DNA of 64,000 nt, taken from NCBI GenBank assembly GCA_963699545.1, contig CAVOUE010000003.1, forward strand, positions 1 to 64,000. Direction: 5' to 3'. How positions within the stretch are numbered: the stretch's first letter is position 1; every line of letters begins with the position of its first letter. The stretch is from Nitrospirota bacterium. GTDB lineage: Bacteria > Nitrospirota > Thermodesulfovibrionia > Thermodesulfovibrionales > UBA9159. The notes under the pieces are model-generated. The model searched no databases. It was not told the DNA's origin and worked only from the letters and a program-made list of their open reading frames with translations. Positions 24,884 through 35,507 of the stretch are shown here, piece after piece. The position numbers and the translations under genes were made by a program.

Positions 24884-25481
24884 TTATAACGTAATCAGAC
24901 CTGAAAAACCTGTGAATGCGAGCGCTATCAGGCCGGTGATAACAAATGCCATCGGCAGGCCCTTGAAAGGCCCCGGCACCTCCGCAAGCTCCAGTCTTTC
25001 CCTGATACTCGCCATAATAATGAGGGCCAGAGCAAATCCAAGCCCGGAACCGAACCCAAAGGCAAGGCTTTCTATGAACGAGTATTTCTCTCCGGCGCTC
25101 ACCAACGGCACAGCGAGAATGATACAGTTCGTCGAGATGAGGGCGAGGTAGATGCCGAGCTTATAATAAAGGCCCGGAGCCGTTTTCCGCATGATGGTGT
25201 CGGATGCCTGGACAAGTCCGGCGATGATCCCGATGAAAACGATGATCTCAAGAAACGTGATCTCCAGCGGGACCAGTACCTTGGTAAAGATGACCCAGCT
25301 GACTGCAGCGCTTATCATCATGACAGCGGTAAAGGTGATGCTCATGCCTACGGCGGTTCTCCATTTTCTTGGAAACACCAAAGAATATGCACAAACCAAG
25401 AAACCTGGTGAAGACAAAATTGTTTATGAGAGAGGCCGAAAGGATCAGTTCAAAAAGTTTTGTAAATTCGCTTTCCATCAC
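24884..25481 (-). CDS. rnfA: Rnf complex subunit A (frameshift near 25358, likely error)
   Basis: NNFVFTRFLGLC then, after the shift, TAVGMS..LISTNC..IRERL. Confidence 0.9.
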
Positions 25482-25490
25482 GTTCTCCTT

Positions 25491-26117
25491 CTAGTGCGAA
25501 GCATGCGTACTCTTCCTGTACCGTGCATCGATCCAGTTGAACGCAGCCATCAGGATGCCCACCGCAAAGAATCCTCCTGCCGGGAGGATCATGATCAGGA
25601 GGGGCTTTGTGTTGACGATCGCATAACCCCACAGAGAGCCTTTGCCGATCAGCTCCCGGAAGAAGCTGATCACGGTCAGCGCAAAGAGAAACCCGACGCC
25701 CATTCCAAGGCCGTCAGCCATGGACGGCACAATACTGTTCTTGCTCGCGAACATTTCGGCCCTTGCGAGAATGGACGCAAACGCGACAATAAGCTGGATA
25801 TACAGACCGACTTTGGCGTATACGTCAGGAACAAAGGCCGCCATCACCATAGTAGTCACGGTCACCCACCCTGAAATAACGAGCATAAATATAGGGAGCC
25901 TGACTTTCGGATGTATGACTTTTCTAATAAGAGATATAGTGATGTTCACCATGAGCTGGACAAAAAGAACTGCAGCGCCCATAAATACACCGTTCTTCAG
26001 GTTGTTCGTGACCGCGATCGAGGGACAGAGGCTGAGGGCAAGCTTGAAGATAGTGTTCTCCTTGATAATCCCGTTTAAGAACAGCTCCTTGAGACTAATT
26101 GTGCTGGTGCTTGACAT
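25491..26117 (-). CDS. rnfE: Rnf complex subunit E
   Basis: NGIIKEN..LCPSIAVT, DGLGMGVGF, FRELIG, LPAGGF. Confidence 0.92.
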   Translation of the reverse strand: MSSTSTISLKELFLNGIIKENTIFKLALSLCPSIAVTNNLKNGVFMGAAVLFVQLMVNITISLIRKVIHPKVRLPIFMLVISGWVTVTTMVMAAFVPDVYAKVGLYIQLIVAFASILARAEMFASKNSIVPSMADGLGMGVGFLFALTVISFFRELIGKGSLWGYAIVNTKPLLIMILPAGGFFAVGILMAAFNWIDARYRKSTHASH

Positions 26118-26688
26118 CCGCATTGCCTCCTTCCCTGACTGTCTTGATCAGAAATGCGACGCCGTTCTTTACTGCGTCTTCGGTGACCGCACGGCTTGAT
26201 ATGGTCGCCCCCGAGATCGCCTGAATATATTCCGTTGTTTCAGTCTTCAAAACTTTCAGGTGTTCGAAGTCTTTGTCCTTGAACTGGCCTTTGAAGGAAT
26301 CCGCCTCTATTTCGTCGCCCAGCCCCGGAGTCTCGCCGTGACCAAGGATATCGATCTTCCGGACCTTGAAATTCCGGTCAACCGCGACAAACGTATTGAT
26401 GTAACTCGAATATCCTTTGCCAAATGACTGGATAATATAGCCGATGGGTTCGCCGCCTTTCTTTGCAATAAAATATTTTGCGTGCTTGTCGTGAATCGAC
26501 CAGTCTCCCATTTTGCTGATATCCTCTGCCTCCGGCATAAGCTGTTTTAATGCCTTCTTCTCGGCCTCTTCGTTGTTCCTGTATATCTTCGGCGACGCAT
26601 TTGCGTATACGAAGGCAAGAATGAACCCGCCGATGACATAGAACACAACGAGGGTGAACGTTATTTTGGCTATATCCTTGCCGGTCAT
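26095..26688 (-). CDS. rnfG: Rnf complex subunit G
   Basis: ETPGLG, FMN-attachment motif SGATISS. Confidence 0.93.
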   Translation of the reverse strand: MTGKDIAKITFTLVVFYVIGGFILAFVYANASPKIYRNNEEAEKKALKQLMPEAEDISKMGDWSIHDKHAKYFIAKKGGEPIGYIIQSFGKGYSSYINTFVAVDRNFKVRKIDILGHGETPGLGDEIEADSFKGQFKDKDFEHLKVLKTETTEYIQAISGATISSRAVTEDAVKNGVAFLIKTVREGGNADVKHQHN

Positions 26689-27737
26689 GCTTTCGTCTCC
26701 TTCACTTTCACGGCTCCGAAGACCTTTGTCTTAAAGCCCCTGTCGATAATGGGCGCAAAACAGTTCATAATAAGGATCGCGAACATTACGCCTTCCGGAA
26801 ATCCGCCCTTTAGCCTTATGAGCATGGTGAGGGCGCCGCATCCAATGCCGAATATGATCTGGCCCTTTCTCACCGAGGGGCAGGTGACATAGTCAGTGGC
26901 CATGAAGAAGGCGCCGAGAAGCATGCCACCGCTGATAAGATGGATGACGGGATCACCGGCAAAGAAGAGCAGCTTGCCGGTATTGGGGTCTTTGCCGCCG
27001 AAGACCCATGCCAGAAAGGCTGCGGTACCGAGGAAGGAAACTGGTATATGCCACGTGATGTATCGCTTGTACAGAAGAAACGCCCCGCCAATGAGAAGGG
27101 CTATGGCTGAGGTTTCACCGATAGACCCTGCCCTGTGGCCTACAAAAAGCTCCTTGTAGAGGTTGAGCTTGTCGCCAAAGACCTCAATCAGCTTTCCGAT
27201 ACCCTCCTCTTTCAGCAATCCAAGGGGCGTGGCAGTGGTCTTCGCATCCATGCCCAGGAATGCTGCGGTCGGCTGAGTCCATATCGTCATTACTCTGGGG
27301 AACGAGATGAGCAGGAACGCCCTCCCGATGAGTGCGGGATTGAAGATGTTATATCCCAACCCCCCGAACAACTGCTTGGTTATCACCACAGCAACGAAAG
27401 AACCTATGACAGGGACGTGTACAGTGAAGGGGCTGAAGGACCAGAGGGATGCAGGGAGATTCATCCCAAGGAGAAGACCCGTAAGGAATGCGCTGCCGTC
27501 GTTCACCGTCACTTTCCGCTTCAGCGCCTTTTCGACCAAGAACTCCGAAAGAACAGCGGTGATGATACAAAGCGCGGTGACGAGGGTCGCCTTCGGGCCG
27601 AAGAAATAGATACCCATCACAAGGGCAGGCAACAGGCTGAGATTCACACTCCACATGATGCGGGTTACCGATTCTTCGCTCTTCACATGGGGGCTCACCG
27701 TAACGGTCAGTTCATGCTCTTTCTTTATGGCCTCCAT
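26685..27737 (-). CDS. rnfD: Rnf complex subunit D
   Basis: SPH, FGGLGYNIFNPA, TTATPL, GSIGETS, FMATDY. Confidence 0.95.
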   Translation of the reverse strand: MEAIKKEHELTVTVSPHVKSEESVTRIMWSVNLSLLPALVMGIYFFGPKATLVTALCIITAVLSEFLVEKALKRKVTVNDGSAFLTGLLLGMNLPASLWSFSPFTVHVPVIGSFVAVVITKQLFGGLGYNIFNPALIGRAFLLISFPRVMTIWTQPTAAFLGMDAKTTATPLGLLKEEGIGKLIEVFGDKLNLYKELFVGHRAGSIGETSAIALLIGGAFLLYKRYITWHIPVSFLGTAAFLAWVFGGKDPNTGKLLFFAGDPVIHLISGGMLLGAFFMATDYVTCPSVRKGQIIFGIGCGALTMLIRLKGGFPEGVMFAILIMNCFAPIIDRGFKTKVFGAVKVKETKA

Positions 27738-27823
27738 CTATCCTCCAGGGGTCGGGGAGTCATGGGTCCCGGTGACCCTTCTTTCACCTGCGCTCATGAA
27801 CCGTTTGTTCCTGATCACTGTTC

Positions 27824-29131
27824 TCACGGCTTCACCATAGACTTCGCCAGTCTCACAAGCTGAACGATAGGCCTCTTGGAGGGACAGACAAAGGCGCATG
27901 AACCACATTCAAAACAGTCAAAAAGATTATATTCCTTTGCCTCCTCATAATGACCTTTTTCCGAAAGCACGCTCAACATTGAAGGCATGAGCCCCATGGG
28001 GCAGACATCAATGCACCTGCCGCACCTGATGCACGGCTCAAAATCCTCGGCATGAATAACTCCCTCTTCCGGGATGACCAGTATTCCCGAAGTTCCTTTT
28101 GTCACCGGGACAGCAAGCGAAGAAAGGGCAAACCCCATCATCGGCCCCCCTGAAATAACCTTGCCCACGCTATCCTTGAAACCACCGCACTCTTCGATGA
28201 GTTCTGAGACCAGTGTCCCGACCCTCACCATAAGGTTTGACGGGTTATTGATGCCCTCACCGGTCACGGTCACCACCCTTTCGATGAGGGGCTTCCCGTA
28301 GCGGGCAGCTTCGTAGACTGCAAGGGCAGTACCCACATTCTGCACTACTACCCCCACATCCATGGGAAGTCCCCTTGGGGGCACTTCCCTGCGTGTCGTT
28401 GCCTTTATGAGCATCTTCTCCGCACCCTGGGGATATTTCACCTCAAGGGCGCAGACCTCGATGGCGGCCTCGGCCTTTGCCGATTCCTTCATCTTTGCAA
28501 TCGCCTCAGGCTTATTGTCCTCGATGCCGACGAACCCCTTGCCCACGCCCAGGGTCTTCATCAATATTTTTAGTCCCTCGATGATCTCGGCAGGTTTTTC
28601 CACCATCAACCGGTAGTCTGCAGTGAGGTAGGGCTCACACTCGGCTCCGTTTATGATCACTGTATCGATCGGCTTTTCCTTTGGGGGGGTAAGTTTCACC
28701 ACAGTAGGGAAAGCCGCGCCTCCGAGACCGACAATGCCGGCTGCCTTGATCTTTTCCTTGAGTTCATCGGCAGAGAGTTTCAGATAATCAGGATTGTCCT
28801 TAAGAACGGCCCATTCTTCCCTTCCGTCGTTTTCTATCACCACAGAAGTGACCATTCTTCCCATGGCGTTGGGAAACTCTCCTAGGGCCACCACTCTCCC
28901 TGAGACCGAGGCATGGACAGGAGACGAGACAAACCCTCCGGGCTCACCGATGAGTTCACCCTTACTCACTTCCTGATTAATGGAAACAACGGACTTGCAG
29001 GGAGCGCCCACGTGCTGGCTCAGAGGGATAACAACCCTCTGGGGGATGTGCGCTTCCCTGACAGGACTGTCTTTCGCCAGGTCCTTCTTGTCAGGGGGGT
29101 GTATTCCACCTTTGAATGTCATCGGACTCAT
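27824..29131 (-). CDS. rnfC: Rnf complex subunit C
   Basis: FKGGIHP, GLGGAAFPT, NGAECEPYLTAD, two 4Fe-4S motifs. Confidence 0.96.
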   Translation of the reverse strand: MSPMTFKGGIHPPDKKDLAKDSPVREAHIPQRVVIPLSQHVGAPCKSVVSINQEVSKGELIGEPGGFVSSPVHASVSGRVVALGEFPNAMGRMVTSVVIENDGREEWAVLKDNPDYLKLSADELKEKIKAAGIVGLGGAAFPTVVKLTPPKEKPIDTVIINGAECEPYLTADYRLMVEKPAEIIEGLKILMKTLGVGKGFVGIEDNKPEAIAKMKESAKAEAAIEVCALEVKYPQGAEKMLIKATTRREVPPRGLPMDVGVVVQNVGTALAVYEAARYGKPLIERVVTVTGEGINNPSNLMVRVGTLVSELIEECGGFKDSVGKVISGGPMMGFALSSLAVPVTKGTSGILVIPEEGVIHAEDFEPCIRCGRCIDVCPMGLMPSMLSVLSEKGHYEEAKEYNLFDCFECGSCAFVCPSKRPIVQLVRLAKSMVKP

Positions 29132-29344
29132 GAAGGGTTCCTCCAGTTCGGCACTATTGGTCAGGACAACGGAAGACCGAAAAAGTTTTTATTTAATACC
29201 ATGATGCTCCATGATATGTCAAGAGAAGTTTGGGGCCATAAATAATTCTCATATGCTCTCAAATAAGCTCCTCAGAAGAAGCTCAGCAGGGCGGCAAGTC
29301 CGACGTTGACATACCCGTCTTGTGACAGCTATTGTATATTCCCT

Positions 29345-30313
29345 ATGAAAAGATACCTCCCGGTGCCGTTAGGGGTTATTATCTCCCTCACCCTTTTTGC
29401 GCCTGAAGTATTTTCTTTTGGCGGCCCGCTGCAGACAAGAAACCAGTTTCCCCTCTTCCTTGCCCTCAACGCTCCCGCTATCGAAACGGCATCCTATGAG
29501 CATTCCTTCAGCGCCGCCGTTTCCTACTCCAGTGTCTACATGGTGCGCAGCTCCCCGGCCTGGTCCGTGAACCTCGATATGGAAGTGGCGGAACTCAATT
29601 TCAGATACCGGAGAGACATCTTTACCCTCTTCGAGCTGGGCATCGACATCCCGATCGTAAGCTTCAACAGCGGCTTCATGGACGATTTCCTGAGCAGTTA
29701 TCATACAACGTTCGGGTTTTCGGATTATGGAAGAAGCGGAAGGCCAGGCAACTCATTTCTCTATGAGGTGAAGAAGAACGGGGCTCTGGTGGTGAGGGGA
29801 GACGGAGGCAGCGTCGGTATCGGTGACGTGAGGCTTGCCGCAAAAAGAGCCCTTCTGTCCGACGACCCGACGGTGAGCCTGACAGCTGACATCGAGCTTC
29901 CCACGGGGAGCGCTTCAAAGGGATTTGGCAACGGAAGTATCGACACGGGGGTCGGCCTCCTTCTGGACAAGCGACTCTCAGAAAAGATCAAGACATATGT
30001 TAACCTCGGCGCTGTATTTCCCGGGGACCTAAAGGCCCGCGAGACTGTCAAGCTGAAGAACTTTGTGTACGGAGGGGTCTGCGTTGAGGCTGAAGTCTCG
30101 AAAAGCCTCAGCCTCAACGGCCAGGTCTTTGCCCAGAGTTCGCCTTTCCCGACAACAGGCATTTCTTCCATAGACCGGATGGCCGTGCTTCTCACCCTTG
30201 GGGGAAGGTATACGTCAGGAAAGAACAGCTTCGAGCTCTCGTTCACCGAGGACCCCAACACTTCAGGTGCTCCTGACTTCACCATAGCCCTTTCCTTTAA
30301 GAAACGGTTCTGA
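29345..30313 (+). CDS. Outer-membrane beta-barrel-like protein (DUF3187-like)
   Basis: Signal peptide, GPLQTRNQFP, amphipathic strands, C-terminal Phe. Confidence 0.7.
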   Translation: MKRYLPVPLGVIISLTLFAPEVFSFGGPLQTRNQFPLFLALNAPAIETASYEHSFSAAVSYSSVYMVRSSPAWSVNLDMEVAELNFRYRRDIFTLFELGIDIPIVSFNSGFMDDFLSSYHTTFGFSDYGRSGRPGNSFLYEVKKNGALVVRGDGGSVGIGDVRLAAKRALLSDDPTVSLTADIELPTGSASKGFGNGSIDTGVGLLLDKRLSEKIKTYVNLGAVFPGDLKARETVKLKNFVYGGVCVEAEVSKSLSLNGQVFAQSSPFPTTGISSIDRMAVLLTLGGRYTSGKNSFELSFTEDPNTSGAPDFTIALSFKKRF

Positions 30314-30366
30314 GAGCCTGTTATATGAAGAACAGATTTCTTGCCTGGTTTGACTATAATGTAATT

Positions 30367-30840
30367 ATGAGGCGTTCTCTGATTCTCAAGGGCTTGATCT
30401 TCTTCTTGACGTTTTCTTCTCTGCTCCTGCTCTCTCGTTATGCAGGGTCAGGTGAAGGAAGGTGGAAATTGCTCGGCAAGAGCCTGACCGGGACCTTTTG
30501 GTATATGGATACCGAAACCGTGTCCCACCCCGCGGAGAATATTGTTGCCGTATGGGTGAAGAGCATTCCCGACAAAACCCACACTGCTGCGACCGAAGAA
30601 GAGGAAGAAACCGAAGACATACTTAAGCGCATTCAGGAGAAATACTTCGGAGGGTATGAATACACGGATGGACTATGGGAACTGGACTGCTCACAATCTC
30701 TCTTCAGGCTTCTCTATTTCTGCGCCTATGATAAGAACGGCAATATCATCACTTCCCGCATTTCTCCTGACGTTGAATGGTCTTTTATTCTTCCCGGAAG
30801 CGCAGGGGAAGCGCTGTCCGGTGCGGTTTGCTCCCGTTAA
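30367..30840 (+). CDS. Exported small protein (surface-adhesin E-like)
   Basis: Signal peptide, W..WYMD..VWVK..ELDC..W..I.PGS pattern. Confidence 0.6.
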   Translation: MRRSLILKGLIFFLTFSSLLLLSRYAGSGEGRWKLLGKSLTGTFWYMDTETVSHPAENIVAVWVKSIPDKTHTAATEEEEETEDILKRIQEKYFGGYEYTDGLWELDCSQSLFRLLYFCAYDKNGNIITSRISPDVEWSFILPGSAGEALSGAVCSR

Positions 30841-32519
30841 GACGTGAGCCTTCTCATCCCCTCCATGGCCCTTTCATCGGAGGGGTTGTATTTGAGGGCT
30901 TTCTCGAAGGCGCTCTTCGCCCTTGCCTGGAATCCGAGTTCAAGGTATATATGGCCGAGTTCGGCGACATATTTCGAATTGAAAGGATCAAGCTGTGACG
31001 CTTTTCTTAAGGACTCCTCAGCGGGTTTCATCCTCTTGTTATTGAGAAGAGCCAGTGCGTAAAAGTAATGATATTCCGGTGCCGAATCGTCAAGGTAGAC
31101 CGCCTGTCCGAACAGTGTTGCGGCCTCCTCATGCTGGCCTGAAAAAAAGAGGCGTTTGCCTTCTTTGAAACGGGCTAACGCCAGGTTCTTGTTGTATTTA
31201 CCCCGTGACACCTCTTCACCAGGAGAGGTACGCGGAACGGTCCCCGGACCGGAAAGCTCCCGGTAGGCCTCACTGATGTAAGAAAAGATAGCATGCAATT
31301 GCTCTCTTAAGGAATCGGACTCAATATTCAGGTACCGGTCAGGATGAAATTCCTTCGCCATCCGGTGATATGCCCTTTTTATCTCAGCGGCGGAGGCGTC
31401 TTTGCTCACATCAAGCACTCCATAGTAGTCAGAGGATTTGGCCTCCCGATAGATCTGTTCTACCCTCTCCGCAAAAGCCGGGTCAATCTCAGCCTTAGAT
31501 CTTTTTTGTGTGGCGTTCTTATCCGCCGAAGCATCGTTATCACTGTTTTCAGCGCTTTCAATGATCTGCAAATTGTGAAGCATGCAGATCGTTCTCAGGG
31601 TCTCGATCTCACCGAGGGGGGACAATGAAAGAATGTCCCTGACCGTCCGTTTGCCGTTTATCAGCGACAACACCTTTTTATCGTCTCCATCAAGCAAGGC
31701 TTCCCTCCCTACGCGAGCCGGATCCACAATAAGATAAAGGACCGAGGGCAGGGAGGGACAGCCGCTCCTTATTCGCCCAGCTTCCCGAATTTTTTTTATC
31801 CCATGATAAACAAGGCTTTCAACGTTGAACTTAAGGGCGATTACCTCGTTGTGGGGCAGAGAATCGTCCCTGAAGACAAAGTTCCCCTGTTCAAGGTTGA
31901 ACAGGTCAAGCATGATCCTTTCCGCTTCAGTGCGTACACCCTCAGCCAATTCCGAAACAGTGATGTAGCCCATCTCCACCAGTACGGTACTGTGACGTTT
32001 TCCGGTCTTTTTCGCCGCTTCCAGAGACTTGTTGTACTGGTCCGGACTTATCTTCCCTGATTCGAGAAGGATTTCGCACACATTGACGTGTTCCTGCTGC
32101 GACGCCGGAAGGATCACATCACCTCGTTTAAGGTAGATCCTGTTGATCACGGAACCTGCCTCGATCTCGAGCACCCCGGTCTTTCCCGTCCTCTTCAAAC
32201 CAAGGAAGATATCGGATAATCTGTGGAGGCCGAGCATGCCCCTTATGTGCCCTAACAGGCGGATACCTGCCAGGACACCTCCCGAGATGGTCCGTGTCCA
32301 TCTTGTCTCCCCATCAGCGTCGACGCCGATATCACTGATGGTGACGTGAACAATGGGAAAGCCGAGATTGGGCGCATCTTTTATGAAAATACCGAGACCG
32401 TCGAGAGAGAAATCGAAAAGTCTGGACCTGAATGGCTTCCCAGAAATAATCAGATCAAAGTCCAGGTGTGCCCGGTGTCTCGGGAAGCTTCTCTTGTCCG
32501 GATACTCTGGCATGGCCAT
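30837..32519 (-). CDS. PilZ - DUF4388 - DnaJ - TPR multidomain protein
   Basis: RSFPR and DFSLDG (PilZ), KTGVLEI (DUF4388-like), DYYGVL..FHPDRY (J domain), TPRs. Confidence 0.82.
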   Translation of the reverse strand: MAMPEYPDKRSFPRHRAHLDFDLIISGKPFRSRLFDFSLDGLGIFIKDAPNLGFPIVHVTISDIGVDADGETRWTRTISGGVLAGIRLLGHIRGMLGLHRLSDIFLGLKRTGKTGVLEIEAGSVINRIYLKRGDVILPASQQEHVNVCEILLESGKISPDQYNKSLEAAKKTGKRHSTVLVEMGYITVSELAEGVRTEAERIMLDLFNLEQGNFVFRDDSLPHNEVIALKFNVESLVYHGIKKIREAGRIRSGCPSLPSVLYLIVDPARVGREALLDGDDKKVLSLINGKRTVRDILSLSPLGEIETLRTICMLHNLQIIESAENSDNDASADKNATQKRSKAEIDPAFAERVEQIYREAKSSDYYGVLDVSKDASAAEIKRAYHRMAKEFHPDRYLNIESDSLREQLHAIFSYISEAYRELSGPGTVPRTSPGEEVSRGKYNKNLALARFKEGKRLFFSGQHEEAATLFGQAVYLDDSAPEYHYFYALALLNNKRMKPAEESLRKASQLDPFNSKYVAELGHIYLELGFQARAKSAFEKALKYNPSDERAMEGMRRLTS

Positions 32520-32753
32520 TCAGGGAATATTACCAATTACGCGAACATGAGGTCAATAAAGAGAACAGGGCTGATCCCGGTACCGGACACTTCACTCCAT
32601 GTCCGCAAAAAAAAACGAACTTCCCGGTCACCGGGATACGGCCTGTGCAGGATCTCCGGCACTACAGCAAAGATTGATGCGTACGATAATGGAGATCACC
32701 GCACCCCGCCTTCTCGAAGGACGACTGTCACACTGCTGCAGCAAGAGGGTCGC

Positions 32754-32933
32754 TTATTCAATATTGAAAACCGCCACTTCCTTAATGCCGGGGAGATACT
32801 GTCCCACCGGAACAAGTTTCTTGCCCTCATCCACACAGCCGATAACGATCGTCCAGAGTTGGTTCAGTTCTTTTTTCTCCCGGTCATTCTCCGGCGTCAT
32901 CTTAAGAAGGGTACCTTCAAGTTCGATCCTCAT
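32754..32933 (-). CDS. Small hypothetical protein
   Basis: 59 aa with a GGAGG RBS and globular composition. Confidence 0.65.
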   Translation of the reverse strand: MRIELEGTLLKMTPENDREKKELNQLWTIVIGCVDEGKKLVPVGQYLPGIKEVAVFNIE

Positions 32934-33108
32934 AGAGCTTCCTCCCTGCACAGAATTTATAGCTCAAGTTTACTATATTCTTTCCCGTTCGTAAAGTCAG
33001 GCTGAAATCATGGACAGACGGCAGATTTTGAGAAGGGTTTAATGTTATGCTATCAGGTGACAGCGCTTCGCTGTTAGTGAGCACAACAAATCTCTAAGGA
33101 GTTCCTGC

Positions 33109-33417
33109 ATGAAACGAATTTTGATGTTGATCGTGGTTTTGATGCTTGTCTTTTTGGTGTCACAGGTCCTTTACGCCGGTTCCCAGGAGGCATCTCCGAT
33201 TTCAGGCAAAGTGGTTGAGACCATGGACAGCGGAGGATACACCTATGCCCTCGTTGAGAAGAACGGAAATAAGACCTGGGTTGCTGTTCCCCGGATGAAG
33301 ATAGTGAAAGGACAAGACATCTCTTTCCAGTCAGGTGCAGAGATGGAAAATTTCAAGAGTAAGACCCTTAACCGGACATTCGACAAGATCATCTTCTCAG
33401 GCGGCCCGGTCAAATAG
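33109..33417 (+). CDS. Exported OB-fold-like protein (NrfJ-related)
   Basis: AAGGAG RBS, signal peptide, GKVVETMDSGGYTY..FKSKTLNRTFDKIIF. Confidence 0.75.
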   Translation: MKRILMLIVVLMLVFLVSQVLYAGSQEASPISGKVVETMDSGGYTYALVEKNGNKTWVAVPRMKIVKGQDISFQSGAEMENFKSKTLNRTFDKIIFSGGPVK

Positions 33418-33470
33418 TCAGAAGATCAGTGGAAGGGGCGGCCTCACCTATGAAGCCGCCCTGCTATGCT

Positions 33471-33683
33471 TTATGCTGCAGGAGCTTGCCCCCCGATAAC
33501 CTCAGGTTTCAGCACAAAGAGCTTCTGGAAAGAGTCAAAGGCCCTTTTTAGTGACCGTTCCACCGCGGGATGTCCCCTGGGATAGATGGACACGTTTCGC
33601 CGGGAAATATTCAAATCCATGACGGTCTGGCGGAGCATCCGTGCATTCAAGGCGGGCTTTCCCCTTTGCTCGGTCATGGCCAT
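33471..33683 (-). pseudogene. Probable truncated gene (N-terminal fragment of a larger protein)
   Basis: GGAGG RBS; RRNVSIYPRGHPAVERSL resembles N-termini of large HEAT/HD-GYP-associated proteins but ends at 70 aa. Confidence 0.4.
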
Positions 33684-33828
33684 AGTGTATCAAAATCCTG
33701 CCTCCACCGCCACTGACTTTGGACAAGGGCAGAGCATGATCATCGCCGGTGCAACACCCGTATTTTCCGGGAGGCTTTTTGTTTCTCTTGTGGTAAAATA
33801 TGCATATTCTTCGTGAACGGAGGGCGGT

Positions 33829-34293
33829 ATGAAGGTAATCGAAGGTGAATTGCAGGCAAAGGGGTTGAAGGTCGGTATCATTGTCAGCAGGTTTAATGAT
33901 TTCATCACCAGCAAACTGCTGGACGGCGCACTCGACGCGCTCCGCAGGCATGGCGCAGATGAAAAGGATATAGAGGTCGTGAAGGTCCCGGGCTCTTTCG
34001 AGATTCCGCTGGTCGCAAAAAAATTGGCGGCTAAAGGCATATACAGCGCTATCATATGTCTTGGCACAGTGATTCGTGGCGCCACACCGCACTTTGAATA
34101 TGTGTCGGCGGAGGTATCCAAGGGGATCGCTTCTGCATCCATGGAAACGGGCGTCCCCATTGCCTTCGGGATCATCACCTCTGATACCATTGAGCAGGCG
34201 GTGGAGAGGGCCGGAACAAAAAGCGGGAACAAGGGCTGGGACGCGGCCATTACGGCCATTGAGATGGCGCAGGTAATGAAGAAGCTCGCATGA
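33829..34293 (+). CDS. ribH: 6,7-dimethyl-8-ribityllumazine synthase
   Basis: [33 protein letters not shown]. Confidence 0.98.
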   Translation: MKVIEGELQAKGLKVGIIVSRFNDFITSKLLDGALDALRRHGADEKDIEVVKVPGSFEIPLVAKKLAAKGIYSAIICLGTVIRGATPHFEYVSAEVSKGIASASMETGVPIAFGIITSDTIEQAVERAGTKSGNKGWDAAITAIEMAQVMKKLA

Positions 34294-34709
34294 AGCGTCG
34301 GAAGGGAAGGGAATATGCGTTCCAATTTCTCTTTCAATGCGACTTCACCGGCAAGAAACCGGATAAAAAGGATTTTGCTGAGTTCTGGACGGACAGGAAC
34401 GGAGATGCTGATGGCAGGGAGTTCACCGAGGATATTGTCTACGGCACCATTCATCACCGTTCTGAAATAGACGCGGCAATACAGAAAGCGGCAGAGCACT
34501 GGATCCTGCAGAGAATGGCCGCCGTGGACCGCAATATTCTCAGGCTGGCCACCTATGAACTGCTCTACCGCACGGACATCCCTTCCGCGGTCACCATAAA
34601 TGAGGCGATAGAAATAGCAAAAAGATACTCTTCCATCGAATCTGCGGCTTTCATAAACGGCATACTCGACACCATCGCAAAGGGGATAGAAGGCAAAAGG
34701 AAACGATAA
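34290..34709 (+). CDS. nusB: Transcription antitermination factor NusB
   Basis: [30 protein letters not shown]. Confidence 0.97.
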   Translation: MKRRKGREYAFQFLFQCDFTGKKPDKKDFAEFWTDRNGDADGREFTEDIVYGTIHHRSEIDAAIQKAAEHWILQRMAAVDRNILRLATYELLYRTDIPSAVTINEAIEIAKRYSSIESAAFINGILDTIAKGIEGKRKR

Positions 34710-35435
34710 ATGCATTACGCGGTCATTTCAGATGTCCACGGGAACCTTGAGGCCCTCGAGGCCGTGCTGGATGATGTACGAAGGATAAAAACAGAGGGGA
34801 TCATCTTCCTGGGAGATGCCGTCGGCTATGGACCGAACCCCAACGAATGCGTGACGTTACTGAAAGAAAGCTGCACAATCATGCTGGCAGGAAACCATGA
34901 CCGTGCGGCCGTCGGTCTCACGGATGCAGAACATTTTAATGAGTACGCAAAGGCAGCCATACTCTGGACCCGTGAGGTGCTCACTGACAAAAGCCGGAAG
35001 TATCTCGAAACGCTCCCGGTGAGCAAGAAGATGAGGAAGGAGAATATTCTCTTCGTCCATTCAACACCAAAGGGACCTGAAGAATGGCATTACCTGCGCA
35101 CCCTCTGGGACGCCGAGATCAACTTTCATTACTTCGCCGAGCGGATCTGCGTCCTCGGTCACAGCCACGTCCCTTTCCTCATAGAGAGGTTGCCGTCCGG
35201 CGAGATGGTCACCCACAGGACGAAGGCTGCCCTGGGTGAAAGCAAACGATATATCATAAATGCCGGCAGTGTTGGTCAGCCAAGGGACAGGGACCCCAGA
35301 GCGTGCTACCTGCTTCTGGACAGGGATCAGGCGGAATTTGTCAGGGTCGATTACCGGAGAGAAGAGACCGAGCGTAAGATGCATGAGGCAGGGCTTCCCT
35401 TGCCCCTGATCGAGAGACTTTCACGGGGAACGTAA
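34710..35435 (+). CDS. Calcineurin-like metallophosphoesterase
   Basis: SDVHGN, GDAVGYG, GNHD, GHSH, NAGSVGQPRD. Confidence 0.93.
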   Translation: MHYAVISDVHGNLEALEAVLDDVRRIKTEGIIFLGDAVGYGPNPNECVTLLKESCTIMLAGNHDRAAVGLTDAEHFNEYAKAAILWTREVLTDKSRKYLETLPVSKKMRKENILFVHSTPKGPEEWHYLRTLWDAEINFHYFAERICVLGHSHVPFLIERLPSGEMVTHRTKAALGESKRYIINAGSVGQPRDRDPRACYLLLDRDQAEFVRVDYRREETERKMHEAGLPLPLIERLSRGT

Positions 35436-35507
35436 GGAAGATATCACGAGTAAAGGTTTCACAGCTTTGATACTCTGATGCGATGACACTTTCATAAAGG
35501 AGACAAG

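Noticed and set aside
33690-34715. 341 aa minus-strand ORF
   Set aside because: Antisense to ribH and nusB
35435-35500. Possible degenerate octamer repeats before purB (also 23632-23658 and 62060-62100)
   Set aside because: Periodicity too weak to distinguish from chance by eye
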